DNA from: Eukaryota sp. TZLM1-RC
Lineage: Eukaryota; Protista; Metamonada: BaSk clade
Direction of reading: 5' to 3'
NCBI GenBank assembly: GCA_040285825.1
Contig: JAUPSS010000004.1
Coordinates: 3,851,658 to 3,915,657, forward strand
DNA: 64,000 nt
A program made the position numbers and the translations under genes. The stretch's first letter is position 1. Each line of letters starts with the position of its first letter. Under the pieces are notes generated by a model. It was not told the DNA's origin. It searched no databases and saw nothing but the letters and a program-made list of their open reading frames with translations. Shown here piece after piece: positions 1-12,423 of the stretch.

Positions 1-1
1 G

Positions 2-292
2 ATTTTAAAAGAGGAGTATGAGCCGCTGAGCAAGTTCTTTAAGGAAAAGGGACTCCGAGTTCGAAATGTCGTTGAAGAAGGTAGTGCTCAAAGAGTCTTG
101 GACATCTTATCTGAACCAGAAGAAGAAAGTGAGGAAGATGAAGAATTTGCCGGCGTTGAGAGTCCCTCTGATTCTGAACTATCTGCCGTGGAAGAAGGCG
201 GAGAAGAGCTTGCTGAGATTGCTCCATTAGAAAAGGTTGATGAAAGTAACATAGTGGAGGGTGGAAGGAAACGTAGATCAAGAATTGTTTAA
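2..292 (+). CDS. 3' end of a histone chaperone, SSRP1/Pob3- or Rtt106-like (PH-domain end plus acidic tail); truncated by the window edge
   Basis: The frame is open from base 2: ILKEEYEPLSKFFKEKGLRVRN resembles the SSRP1/Pob3 PH-domain end. It is followed by acidic EEESEEDEEF and a CHZ-like tail VDESNIVEGGRKRR. Confidence 0.55.
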   Translation: MLKEEYEPLSKFFKEKGLRVRNVVEEGSAQRVLDILSEPEEESEEDEEFAGVESPSDSELSAVEEGGEELAEIAPLEKVDESNIVEGGRKRRSRIV

Positions 293-765
293 TTTAAATT
301 TAAATAGAAATTAATTAATTGCTTTTATGTTTTTTGATGTCGATAAAGTCCAACTAAAAGATTGATTAATAATTGTAAAATAGAAAAGTTGATAATTGAT
401 GTTTATTAATGGAATTTAGTCTCTGACAATAGAATTCTGATCCATTTTGGTTACCTAATTCTAAATACTATTAATGAGTTCAACTATTAGGGTCATGGTG
501 ATTTGAAATAAGTTTGTTAGAAGCAGAGTAGTACCTTTGAATTTTCACAAACAATTAACCCACTTTTTGACCAATTAATTTATCTTTTTTGACAATGATT
601 TCAGAAATGTCATTTCTAGTTGTTCAGATACGACAAATTCCTTTTTTTGTTGTATTTTCCATTATTGTATTTTCCATTATATTCTTACGTAAGCAATGTA
701 TTTTGTCAAACCTTGAATCTGGCATAAAATTTCATCAAAAAAAATCGTACCACTGCGGGAAAATG

Positions 766-1101
766 GAACCAAAACTATTCAATGACAGTGTTTCCTTCAG
801 CAGAGGCTCTTTAATAAACGAGATTCCTGCAGTTTGTGCCATATTGAAAACACTGTCTCTAACAGCATCATGTAATGAAGAACGATAAGTTATCAATTTT
901 GAACAATTCAGAGCATGACGCAAAGTGAGTTGAGGTGGATTCGAACAAATACATTGTTCTTTTAATATTGATTGATTAATGGGGATATTCAAATATAATC
1001 TCATTTTGTTACAAATGCTTCATCAGTAGCACACAGTTTGAATCTTCGTTGTACAATGGTTACAAACAGTGAAGAATCTGATGACTGATTTTCACAAACA
1101 C
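766..1101 (-). mobile_element. Internal fragment of non-LTR retrotransposon family A (zinc-finger/RLE region)
   Basis: MRLYLNIPINQ..CICSNPPQLTLRHALNC..HDAVRD is nearly identical to the 6561-7466 protein. Confidence 0.9.
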
Positions 1102-1838
1102 AAAAACCTCAAAGAGAGAACCTTATCCACTACGTCTGAACTGTATGTAGATGTCTTTGTCCTCTCGAATATTACATCCACTTTGGATATGAAACCACTC
1201 GAACCTCCACGTCCAAAACTAATAAATAACTAATAAATAAATTTATTAGTGTTATTCTTCTTATTGGACCCCATTCTTCAGGCAAGTAGTCCCTTGCTAA
1301 TTACATTACAGGTTCCTATGTACAAAAGACTGGTAGTGCTATTTGTACAACTGGCTTGAACTGCATAACTGCTGGAAAACGGAGAGACACAATCACTGGC
1401 AAGATCTCACTTCACCTATTTCCATTCCTCAAGGAAAAAGTTAAAGGAGACCCTGTTGAAACTTTTAAAGGTGCTGTCCTCTTATGATATGCTCAAGAAT
1501 ATCATATATTGAATATTTAAAAGAGGGTCAAGCAAAATTGAGTATACAGCTCTACTTACTTGTTAAATTGAATTCAAGGAATGGCCAATTCAACAAATTT
1601 AGAATCATACAACTCATCCTGTAAATAAGAGTAAACCTATCAAATTGGTATCCCTAATATGTACAATTTTCTTAGTTTAGCAGGGTTCACAGGCAAAAGT
1701 ATCGGATTTTTGTTACATTAACTTTATATAAAATATAAAATTAAATCTAGCACTTCAATAGTGAAATACAATCGACAATCGATTAGATTTGATTTTGAAA
1801 GAAACAAATACAATACTATATAGAAATTTATAAAAATT

Positions 1839-2999
1839 TTAACCTCCAAAGCCACCCAACTTAGATACCAAGAAACATGACCAGCTACCGGCCATGGAAC
1901 CTACCTGATTGCATAATGCTGCCCACTTTGTTACTTTCCGCTGATTGTGGGGGTCATCAATACGAATATCTACAATCATATACACCACAGTAACAATAAA
2001 CCCTTGCAGTGTTGCAATTAAAGCAGAGATCAATATTATCACCCATCCATAATTACCAAAAATTTCAGGATGTCGAGGACCAATTGCCCCAAAAAACAAC
2101 GAAATGTAAAACAAATAGCCAGTTATTGTAGTGAACACAGAGGGGTCCTTTACTATCAAAGAGGGGAGGAACCTTCCCAATAAATTAAAAGATTGAAACA
2201 AAGTATTTGACCAAGCGTACACGCGATGTCTATTAATGAATCCAATGGTAATGAAGGGTAATAGACCTGGCATATAAAAATAAAAAAACACAGAAATTAA
2301 AAAAATATTTAATAATTGAATTTTTGTTTGATTAAAAAGTGCTTTTGTAGTTAAAGGTTTTGTAAATGTTTGAATGGATGGAGAGAGCAAAGGAGTGTCC
2401 AAAGGTGCAGTTGTTTCAAGTATTATTGGAGTTAGTAAAAGAGAAAGCGTTGCAAGGGCCATCAAACAAGCAAGGATAATGAAAAAAACAGTGGGGGTGA
2501 ATCTAGGTGAGTAACCAACATCTTGGATCAAAGCAAGGAGGGAAGTAACAAAGCCAGAAGAAGCCATGCCTACTGAGACTGCTGACACAAACTTTCTGTT
2601 GTACTTTTTTACAAAGGGGAAAAGGGTTACCATAGAGGTGCAACCAACAAACCCAGCAGCAAAGGAGGCAGAAATAATACCTATGGAATAATCCTTTGAG
2701 AAAAAAGTGATCGTTAAGTCCCAGTAGAAAGCAGTGAAAAGGCAAACCAGTATACCAATGATGTAAAGGAAAATGGAGGTGATGTAGTCATTGATCTTGG
2801 AAGAAAGAAGAACATAGAGAAACGGGAATACGTTAGCCCAGTTATACCAGAAACCAATGGTAGTACCAATGGCTTGCTTTTCTATAAGTGTAGTTTCAAA
2901 GATTGGGACTTCAGCCCACAGTGCGTTGATGACAGCAAAAGGAGCAAACCCTATAAAAAAGAAGAGGGTGTACCCTAGAAGAAGTTGTAGACGGGTCAT
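1839..2999 (-). CDS. SLC52-family (riboflavin transporter-like) multi-pass membrane protein
   Basis: 386 aa with about 11 TM segments. Motifs INALWAEVP, ANVFP, VGCTSMVTLFPF and RFTPTVFF match the SLC52 pattern. Confidence 0.75.
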   Translation of the reverse strand: MTRLQLLLGYTLFFFIGFAPFAVINALWAEVPIFETTLIEKQAIGTTIGFWYNWANVFPFLYVLLSSKINDYITSIFLYIIGILVCLFTAFYWDLTITFFSKDYSIGIISASFAAGFVGCTSMVTLFPFVKKYNRKFVSAVSVGMASSGFVTSLLALIQDVGYSPRFTPTVFFIILACLMALATLSLLLTPIILETTAPLDTPLLSPSIQTFTKPLTTKALFNQTKIQLLNIFLISVFFYFYMPGLLPFITIGFINRHRVYAWSNTLFQSFNLLGRFLPSLIVKDPSVFTTITGYLFYISLFFGAIGPRHPEIFGNYGWVIILISALIATLQGFIVTVVYMIVDIRIDDPHNQRKVTKWAALCNQVGSMAGSWSCFLVSKLGGFGG

Positions 3000-3477
3000 T
3001 GTAACAGATATTGTCTATAACAATGAAATAAGTGTCCTGTTTACTCGGATGTTGAGGGATTGGATTGAGTTTTTGAACAGTGGAAGATTTTACTGTGGCT
3101 TGAGGTGCCTTTGACCTTTGAAATCTTAATGACCATTCTGATTCTTGTATGTAGATTATCTACATACAGGTTGAACCAGCTGAAAGAGTCAACATTTGTG
3201 TGATACATTTACAATACATTTACACAGTTAATTTATGTCAGAATGACAAAACAGAACAACAGGACAAAACCTTTCACAAATCTGAATCTCAATGAACAAA
3301 TCGGTTCCTTGGAAGAATTCTTGAATCATGAGCATTTAATGGACGTTGTAGGGAAAGACGTTGTGAAAGTTTATTTAAAACTTGATTAGCTTTACATAAT
3401 CCATATCAGAAAGTTCTTGGGCAAAAAATCTGGCATCAATTAAATTCAGTAGTCATAAGTCTTTTTAAATAAATATT

Positions 3478-4177
3478 TATTGACCATGCACACTTAATTA
3501 AATTAATTCATAACTAATGGGACGAATATCATTGAACAAAGATTTCCTCTACAAAATCTTGATCTGCTTGCTGTCTAGCTAAAGCTTCTCTAAATCGATT
3601 GAAAAATCCAGGTAATCTATTATTAATGGCAAACTGAATTAGAGAACGCCATAAAAATATCAAATCTTTTCATTGTTTTTTCTTGAACCATTTTTTGGAA
3701 GCCATTTAAAAAAAATTTCTGCTTCAACTGACAATCTTCCATTCATTGAAAATGGGAAAGCAATAAAAACTTGCTGTGTATTTCTACCGGCATTAGCCTC
3801 TTCAATATCTTTATCATATTTTCTATGTTTTTCTTTTGCTTTAACACCAAGAGCACTCACAGATATTTAGATTTCTTCTGTGAACCAAAGTATCATTTGC
3901 AACATTGCATGAAATAAAATCAACAATAGCTTCAGAGTTCTCAATCCAATTACAGTATACATCACCTCTATCATCAGAGAAAATGTTTCCTTCAGCAGAC
4001 GCTCTTTGATACACGAAATTCTTGCAGTTTGTGCCATATTAAAAACAATGTCTCTAACAGCATCATGTAATGAACAACGATAAGATATCAATTTAGAACA
4101 ATTCAGAGCATGGCGCAAAGTAAGTTGAGATGGATTCCAACAAATACATTTTTCTTTTGATAATAGTTGATTAATGG
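3478..4177 (-). mobile_element. 5'-truncated non-LTR retrotransposon family A copy
   Basis: RLE ORF fragments at 3660-4205 and the conserved 3' tail (gtcccattagttatga...gtgtgc..tcaataaa) shared with other copies. Confidence 0.9.
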
Positions 4178-4539
4178 TCGTTTTAAGCCAAATCATTTTT
4201 CGCAAATCGACTTGGGAATTTCCAGGTCAAGTCAAGACCCAAGTTTTCAAATTTGTTAATGGCATCAATTTCTTCATCAGACAACAGAGACATTTGTCAT
4301 AACATTTGTCTACATTCTGACCATTCTGTTTGCGTCACAAGTTGAATTAATTCAGCTAGATAAAAATCAGGTTTTAAATTAACTGGTTCATCTGGCATAA
4401 CTTTGATGTCATTTCTGTTTTACGTTCCAATCAGAAAAGCCAATTTCAATTTGTTTACTCATCTCAACAGCATCTGATTGACTGATTTGGTAAGGAATTT
4501 CCTTTGGATTAGGAGTTTCTGATTCTGATACCAGTTTGG

Positions 4540-4589
4540 TATCATATTCGTTAGGGTCTATTCCAGCAACGAACTTACCTTCTAAAAAA
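4540..4589 (-). pseudogene. Fanzor1 #2 RuvC-I motif segment, separated from the rest of its gene by the MULE insertion
   Basis: The minus strand reads EGKFVAGIDPNEYD (Asp at 4556-4558). It joins LYIHDICEHELNF at 6421-6456 when the MULE is removed. Confidence 0.7.
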
Positions 4590-6411
4590 GGGACACCCTA
4601 TTCTCACTCCCTGACTTCGCATATTCTCACTCCCTGTTTCCCACTTGTTCAAACCATTTTTTCTGCTTGTATGTTGTAGCTTGAATATACTCTAGTTGAT
4701 AGCACTTTATTTGTTCAATATATCTACTGATTGTTTCAGAATTGTTGTACTAGCTGCTCCAGTTGTTCTTTGAAAGGACAACGTCTTCGTGTATGTCCAG
4801 GATTTCGACATAAACTACGTTTCCTCATGGTTCTTTGGATGACTGTGCCTACAACAGAACCATTGTTTTGTCTTTCTTCGGGGTTGCTGGTTCTAGGCCT
4901 ACCTCTTGATTGCGCAACTGTTGGAGGTAGAAGGCTCTTTTACACACACTTGAATCTCATCAAGAGTTCCTGATACAATTCTCACAACTTCCGCTGTCTT
5001 TTTGGTGATTACATGGGATACTTTTCCATGAACTCTGTCGAACAACCATGTTGCTACATTTTTAAGCGTCTTTCTTTTACTCAGTTCAACAGAACGTGAT
5101 ATTTTCTCCAACTGTTTTTCGATGAACTTAGCAATCATAATGACACTTTGTCCGAACTGACGTTGATTAATTTTGAGGTTTTCCTTCATTGCATAATGTC
5201 CTGACTCAACTCTGGACGTAGTTGTTTGGCCCAAGAAATCTCGACCGTATAAAAAACATTTGATAAATGACTCTCTTCTGGTCATCCACTCGTTCTTCAC
5301 ATATTGTAAGACAGCAGGGATATCTGGATAGATATCTGGATAGATATCTGTGAGAGAATTTTTTAAATCTTCTTCCTGATCCAACACAAATACTTCACAC
5401 TGAACAAATGCTTCGTAACTGTGATAGGATCCATGTATAATCAACAGTTGTTTCGGATTTCATGTAACAAAATCCGACATGATAAGTCATAAACATCGGC
5501 GTTGTACCCACAACGGCCAATAAAGGTAATTGATTAACTGCTGTTTTGTAAGTGCAACCAATTTGAACCACTGTATGAAATTTTTCATAGTACTTTAATG
5601 ATTTTTTATGCAAGAACAAAAAATGAGTCGCATTACTTTCTGTGTTCCACAATAAACGTACTATGAAAGTCTTTTGATGCAAATCCGCGATCAGCTTTTC
5701 TACAGATGGTTTCAATCCTAAAGCATCAGTCATAGAACCTTTTAAGTTATGAATGTCTTGTGCAACAATACAGCAATTGGAATCCTTCAGTTTTAAGCAG
5801 TCGACTATTTGGTCAGCACAGTGCTAAATTTCTGAGTTCGACAATAAAGGTAGAGCGTCTATATTGAGGGTATATGGACATGTTGTGTGACGGGTGATGA
5901 TTGTGCTTAAGCACAGAAGTCTCCAGGTCTATGTACCATTCTGGATAAAAACTCAACTTTCTTTGTCTCAGTATCAAAATAAATGAACAATTGTTGTCGT
6001 AAGAACTATGCTGACATAATGTTGCTGTGGAATGAACGTTTGCTGCACTGTGCACACAAGCAAACTTTATGTACGAACATGTACTAGTATACTTCGACCT
6101 CAAAACAGAAATTGCATAACCCTGTTTAAAGGCGGATTCCTTGAAAAGCCTATAATATGAATCGACATTTCTTAAACCATAAGGAATTTTTGGAATGACC
6201 ATCTGGTAAGGAATATAACCGCCATCGTTCACAGGATCACGTAAATCTGTCAGGGATACATGATCGCTGACAGAGCACTCAGAATCAGGTGAAGAAACAT
6301 CAAGATATAAGTCACCAGGATCATATTCATGGGGGTGAGAATTATAGTCCATGTAAAGTTTTTGGAGTGAGTGAGAATAAGCGAATTCAGGGAGTGAGAA
6401 TAAGGCGTTTC
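4590..6411 (-). mobile_element. Mutator-like element (MULE, FAR1-type), defective, with TIRs and a 9-bp TSD
   Basis: TIRs of about 45 bp (gggacaccctattctcactccctgacttcgc.. vs the reverse complement of ..gcgaattcagggagtgagaataaggcgtttc). Flanks are tctaaaaaa (4581-4589) and tttaaaaaa (6412-6420). ORFs show a FAR1 DBD (FAC..HNH), the MULE core (GCTYKT, with the first Asp replaced), GQTTTSRVESGH and a zinc-knuckle remnant CRNPGHTRRRCP. Confidence 0.92.
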
Positions 6412-6420
6412 TTTAAAAAA

Positions 6421-6500
6421 ATTCAGTTCGTGTTCACAAATATCATGAATATACAATTCATCTCTTTCTAAGTGTTTGTCTTTACATTTTTTTCAAAATT
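6421..6500 (-). pseudogene. Fanzor1 #2 segment between the non-LTR and MULE insertions
   Basis: KRDELYIHDICEHELNF resembles the Fanzor1 'ELYID' region that precedes RuvC-I. Confidence 0.6.
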
Positions 6501-6502
6501 TT

Positions 6503-9500
6503 AATTTATTGAATTTGCACACTTGATTAAATTAAATCATAACTAATGGGACGACTATCATTAAACCAAGATTTCCTCTACAAAATCTTGATTTGCTTGC
6601 TGTCTAGCTAAAGCTTCTCTAATTCGATTGAAATACCGCGGTAATCTATTAATAATGGCAAATTGAATCCGTGAACGCCATAAAAAAATATCAAATCTTT
6701 TCATTGTTTTTTCTTTCACCATTTTTTGGAAGTCATCCAAAAAAGTTTCTGCTTCAACTGATAATCTTCCATTTATCGAAAATGGGAAAGCAATAAAAAC
6801 CAGCTGTGTATTTCTATCGATATTTGCATCTTCAATTTCTTTATCATATTTTCTATGTTTTTCTTTTGCTTTAAAATCCAGAGCAGCCACAGGATTAAGT
6901 TTTCTTCTGTGAACCAAAGTATCGTTTGCAACATTACATGAGACAAAGTCAACAATAGCTTCAGAATTATCAATCCAATCACAGTATACATCACCTCTAT
7001 CATCAGAACCAAAATTATTCAGAGAAAGTGTTTCTTTCAGCAGGGGCTCTTTGATACACGATATCTTTGCAGTTTGTGCCATATTGAAAACAGTGTCTCT
7101 AACAGCATCATGTAATGAAGAACGATAAGTTATCAATTTAGAGCAATTTAGAGCATGGCGCAAAGTGAGTTGAGGTGAATTCGAACAAATACATTTTTCT
7201 TTTGATAATAATTGGTTAATGGGGATGTTCAAATATAATCTCATTTTTGTTACAAATGCTTCATTAGTAGCACACAATCCAAATCTTCGTGGTACAATGG
7301 TTACAAAAAGTGAAGAATCTGACACCTTGTTTTCACAAACACCCTTTTCCAATAACAATGAGTGAAGATCTTGATTTAAAACAGCCGAGCTGCAAATATT
7401 ATTATAAAGATCTTTTTCATACATTCCAGTCAATCTTTTCTGTAATGTTCGAAGAGTATACTTCAAATTTAAAACATTTTTTTCTGGAATATTGCCATTG
7501 AATGATTGGGGAAAACATCGACCCCATTTTTCTACATCAATTCTTGAAATTTCTTCATTTAATGCAAAAACAGTGGAACTTTTGCGTTGTCATCAATAAA
7601 TCTTCCCAATCTGCAAATCTTTCGGAGAACTCAAAGATTGCATTTCTGCATCCACCAACAAAAGCACACGAGGTAAGAATAGAAGCCTTCGTCCACCCTA
7701 AACCACCATATTGTGGACTAAGGTAAGCATGATCTGGAATTTGAAACATTTTACATCCCAGTAATTGAGACAGAACTTTTGCACGTAACTCATTAAACTT
7801 TTTGAGCCAAAGGTCTAGTGACGAGAGGATTTGTAGATCGAAATATATGATTAAAATTGGAACTAAAACACAGTCTTATAATGGTAAATTTGATGTGTTT
7901 TTTTATATCTAAATTCATCATTCGGTCAATTTTGTCAGAAATTGAGTTCAACTTTTCAAACAATTTTTTGGTAATTTCATCATTATTTCCTAAAAACGAA
8001 CCCAAATGACGAATAGCATCAATTGAATATAATTTGGCTTGAATTTCAATATCATCAATTATTGTGGAAACTGGAGAATTCGATAACAAAACACATTTAA
8101 GTAAATTAAGTCGGAGACCAATTTTGGTAAATAATTCTTTAAAACATACAGTTGCTTTTTTCACAATATTTAATTCACCAATAAGCACAACATCATCCAT
8201 ATATGCAATCATTTTTAGTGAAGGAAACATCTCTTGAATTTGCAGTAGAATAGGATGAATGGCCAAACAAAACAAAAGAGGTCCTAACGGATCTCCTTGC
8301 TTTACGCCACTTGATGAAATCAAAATGTTGTTACCAAAATGTAAATTAGAATATTTGCAATATGTTGATTGAAAATATGGTATTAATTCTGGCATATATT
8401 GCAATAGAGCACCATGGATACTGCGACGACTTAGCGAATTGAAAGCATTACTAAAATCCAATGACATGCAAACATTGGATTCATTTTGACGAAATAAGAC
8501 ATCAGTAGCAAAAATCACCCACTTCATCACTTGATGAAATCAAAATGTTGTTACCAAAATGTAAATTAGAATATTTGCAATATGTTGATTGAAAATATGG
8601 TATTAATTCTGGCATATATTGCAATAGAGCACCATGGATACTGCGACGACTTAGCGAATTGAAAGCATTACTAAAATCCAATGACATGCAAACATTGGAT
8701 TCATTTTGACGAAATAAGACATCAGTAGCAAAAATCGCTGAAGAGACTCCATCTGTAGTATTTATACCATATTGAAAGGGTAATAAAATCTTTTTAGCTT
8801 TTTCATTGAACCTGCTTAAGCAACACGCAGAAAAAATATTATGTAAGCTCTCAGAGACTGCAATAGGGCGAACATCCATTTTTGAATTTTTGACAAGTGC
8901 AGTCAAACGAGAACTTCTTAATTCTTCTGGGTATTTGCGTTGACCAGATAATATTTGGTTGAAAAATTTGGTCAATAAACCAAGGCAATCTTCTGAAGAA
9001 ATAATCGCGGCTTTTACATGATCAATAGTAATACCAGAAAGTCCGGCAGACTTACCACGAGGTCTCTTTTTGATAACCGAAAAAACTTCTGATGGCATCA
9101 ATGGATAATTTTCCCAGTATGTGCCGTAAAAATTTTGATCCATAATAGGGTCTTCATAAGGATGAAGTATTTTCAGTTTATCTACTGTATTTTCATTGTT
9201 CGGTGCTTTGACTCCGGGACTTAAAGCTGACAAAGCCTTGGACCATTTGTTGTCAAAGCATTTGTCTTCAAAAATTTTACTTAATTTCTCGGATGACTGA
9301 TTTCTCGGTGCTATATTAGTTAAATCTTCGGAAATATTAACGAAATTTTGTTCAAAAGGAGGACAAAAAGAACCAAAAAAATTCCCAAATAATATTGATA
9401 GCATACTTTCCTTTACATAATTGATCCAAAAATCTTTGAAAAACGAAAGCAAATTCATTGCATTTGGTCGGATGAATTTCTTGAGGTATTCTTATAGGAG

Positions 9501-9782
9501 GATGGTAGTTATCAACTATGCGGCATTTCAAGCAGCGATCAGAAGTTTTTCCTTTTGCATTTTTTCTAAAAGAAATACCACAAGTGTTGCAAGTTTTGTG
9601 CTTCAATCGATTGCTAACTGGTTTTGCAACAACTTGTGGAGCATTATTTATGGGTTCTACCTTAGACTCTTTCCTTCTAATAAATTTTCTTTTACATTTT
9701 GTTTCAGAATTTGCCGCATCATTTTTTCCAACATTGGGGCATGTTCGAGCATTATGTCCCTGTTGTCGACACTTTGAGCATC
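6503..9782 (-). mobile_element. Near-full-length RLE-type non-LTR retrotransposon (CRE/SLACS-like), family A, frameshifted
   Basis: N-terminal CCHC knuckle CSKCRQQGHNARTCP (about 9737-9781) and CxxC pairs. RT motifs RPIAV, LDFSNAFN, GVKQGDPLGP and YMDD. C-terminal CxC..HxxxC zinc finger with RGD/DF..KHRKY RLE, then a conserved 3' UTR. Confidence 0.95.
8308..8736. repeat. 209-bp tandem duplication inside the RT with an 11-nt filler
   Basis: 8308-8516 matches 8528-8736, with spacer acccacttcat. The duplicated peptide IFATDVLF...ILISSS is present in both ORFs. Confidence 0.95.
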
Positions 9783-11100
9783 AAATCTTTTCAAATCAAT
9801 CCTTTTGTGTTGAACTGAAACTTCAAACCCATCTGTCAGAATACTGCCATCAAAAAAGTAACCATTAGTTTTTTTGGTCATGGCACTATGCTGTATATTG
9901 AATACCCTTTGCCATGTTTTAAGATTCTTTTGGTCAACGTTAATCGTTTGATCATTACTTTCTTGAGTTTCATCAAATTTTGTGACGGGAAGCAATTGAT
10001 TCACCAGTCAGTTTTGGTGATTGATTATTAATAATTTAAATACCTCTGGTTTCAAGCCGCATATACGCTGAAGACAGTGATATTCTAATGGGAAAAAACG
10101 TTGTAAATGAATAAAGGATTAGGGTTTTTCCTTCAGCATTTTCGATTACTTCTTCAGAATTACGATTGACGTCCGTCATTAGCATGAAAGACTTTGTAAG
10201 ATATTGTTCCCAGTGTACCTGTTTATCAAAAAATATATTAAATACATGAGGCTTTCCTGTCTTTAACTTGGATTTTGGGATGGTCAAATTGAAACTCATT
10301 TGCTGGAGCATATTATTTACTGTTTTGCATTCTGTTGTAGTGTGTAATGAGTTTCATTTTTCAACTTGTGTGTTTGACTCCTCTTGTCATCCTCAGGTTT
10401 TTGAACAACATCATCCTCAACAACTTTTCGAATTTTAGGTGGATTACCTATAACAATCAGAAATTTTCAACCATGACACTTATACTGTTAAGGCCAACAG
10501 TTTGAATTCTATTTAGTTCATGTTCAAACATTCTAAAGATAGTTTTCACCATTTCGTGCTTGGCTGGTGAATTAATATTCATTTTGACTTCCCAAGCCAC
10601 ATTGATCAAGCGGCAAAAATGTTCAGAAAATGTTGTGAGAATATTAACCATATAGGACGTATGAATATTGGTGACACAATGATCCAAAATTCGAGTCACT
10701 CCCACAACACCGACATGAGTGTTGATCGAGAACAACTGAGGGTTATAATGGTTTATATAGATATTGGCCATTATAAATCTTGAAGTGTGAGCATCTTGGC
10801 GTGGTGGTTTACCCGTTACTCCCTTGTATAGGAATTTGTGAAAAACATTCACCTTTAGCCTTTCTTTGTCATCTTGTTTCAAATGACAATATTTTTTGAC
10901 CACCCAAAAAGTAAAGTGGCTTCAATAAGTTCTTTGGAAAACAAGACTGATTCCTCATGATGGAAAAAGCAATGCAAGTAATTCATAAATCCTTCATACA
11001 ATTTTGTCAATATTAACAACCATCACTTGAATCACTGTTTGCACATTTTGGTTAGGAATTAAATTTTTGATACCATATTTGAGGATTTACATTGAAATCA
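9783..11100 (-). pseudogene. Fanzor1 #2, N-terminal REC/WED region
   Basis: Motifs LKYGIKNLI, ILDHCVTNIHTSYMVNI..F, FFPIRISLSSAYMRLET and WQRVFNI..YFFDGSILTDGFEVSV occur in Fanzor1 order. Confidence 0.85.
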
Positions 11101-12060
11101 ACTTTAACAATTTTTGGTTTTGTTGTTCAAGAAATAGTTAGGAGTTTCGAAAACCAAAAGAGTATTCTGAAGACAAAGAATGGAGTAATTCTTCGTCTCT
11201 ATGGGACCAGGCATTTCCAATGACCTCCAAGAATTTGAATTTCCAGGCTGGACTGAGTTTTTTCTTAGCCCTATTCTCGCTCAATAAGTTCATGTTTACC
11301 TTGTTTTTTCAGAAAACATGAAGCAACATCAGATAAACTATTTCCAGCACCACATAGTGAAGTTGATGCTAAATTGAAGAGTATCAATAATTTTGAAATT
11401 ATATACATCTTCAATGAAAAGTTCAAAATATCAGTTAGTGGGCTAGATAAATATTCTCTTTTGAATAATTCCTTGCCATTAATGAAAGAGCGACTTTTCA
11501 AAGAGGACAAATCAAACTGTTTGATGTTATGTCCAGCCAAATAATCTGGTTGACAATTGTTCAGGGAATTATCAAAATTATGTATGATTGAAAGTTCATT
11601 GGGAAATAAATGAACAAAAAGTATCTGAGCAATGATTAGATACGGAAGAAAACACATTATAATCAGTGGAAGCCACAAATATATGTTTCTGTTTATTAAT
11701 TAATTGCGAAACCTTTGAGTCAAATTCCGCAATGACCAAAGAGATAAGTATGATAGCGTCTCTTCTAAGAGAAACGTCAGGTGGCTTTGAGAAAATCTGT
11801 GTCTTTTGATTTTCAATTTCCTTAATATGGCCTAAATTTGTTAATTTTTGTTCTAAAGAATCAATTTTAGCATCAAGTTTTTATCTTCCAGAATTATTAA
11901 TTAAATTGACAATGATTTGACTGTCTCTTTTAACAAATCTTGTTTTTGCGTTGTTTTTTTGATATTCAAAAATGAAAAATCTTAAATATTCGAATTTGTG
12001 TTTGTACTAGATATCAAGATTTGTCTCAATGTCAATCCACCATAAATTGACATTTTTGGG
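11100..12060 (-). pseudogene. PolB-type DEDDy 3'-5' exonuclease domain directly upstream of Fanzor1 #2
   Basis: ExoI WIDIET (12022-12033), DAIILIS, FPNELSIIHNF, ExoII PDYLAGHNIKQFDL, SLSDVASCFL..K and degenerate ExoIII CLQNTLLVF (about 11150-11175). Confidence 0.85.
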
Positions 12061-12372
12061 ATGAAAACTTTCTAATGATTCAAAATCAATAAGTTTTTCT
12101 GTAGCTTCATTCATATTTAGATCTACATGTGGAAAAGACTCATTAATAAAACTTGTGGGTCAGTCTCAGATGGCTCTGAGTCACACGAGATTTATTGGTC
12201 TTTGAAGCAACTGCAGACGCTCTAAAGTTGTTTTACGTTTGATAGTATAAGAAGTGGTTGATATACGTTTAAGTGACATAAACGTTTATCAATAGTGATC
12301 ATATTGAAATCATATGGAAAACTAATAAATCGATTAGTATAAAATGCGAACTTTGCGAGATTTTTTACAAAG

Positions 12373-12423
12373 GTAATTATGAAGGTTGTTACGAAGTTTA
12401 TTACGAACTTTAATACGAAGTTT
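12373..12423. repeat. Imperfect 12-bp tandem repeat (attacgaagttt-like, about 4 copies)
   Basis: aattatgaaggttgttacgaagtttattacgaactttaatacgaagttt. Confidence 0.6.

Noticed and set aside
4590-6411. MULE as the transposase partner of Fanzor #2
   Set aside because: It has its own TIRs and TSD and interrupts the Fanzor coding sequence.
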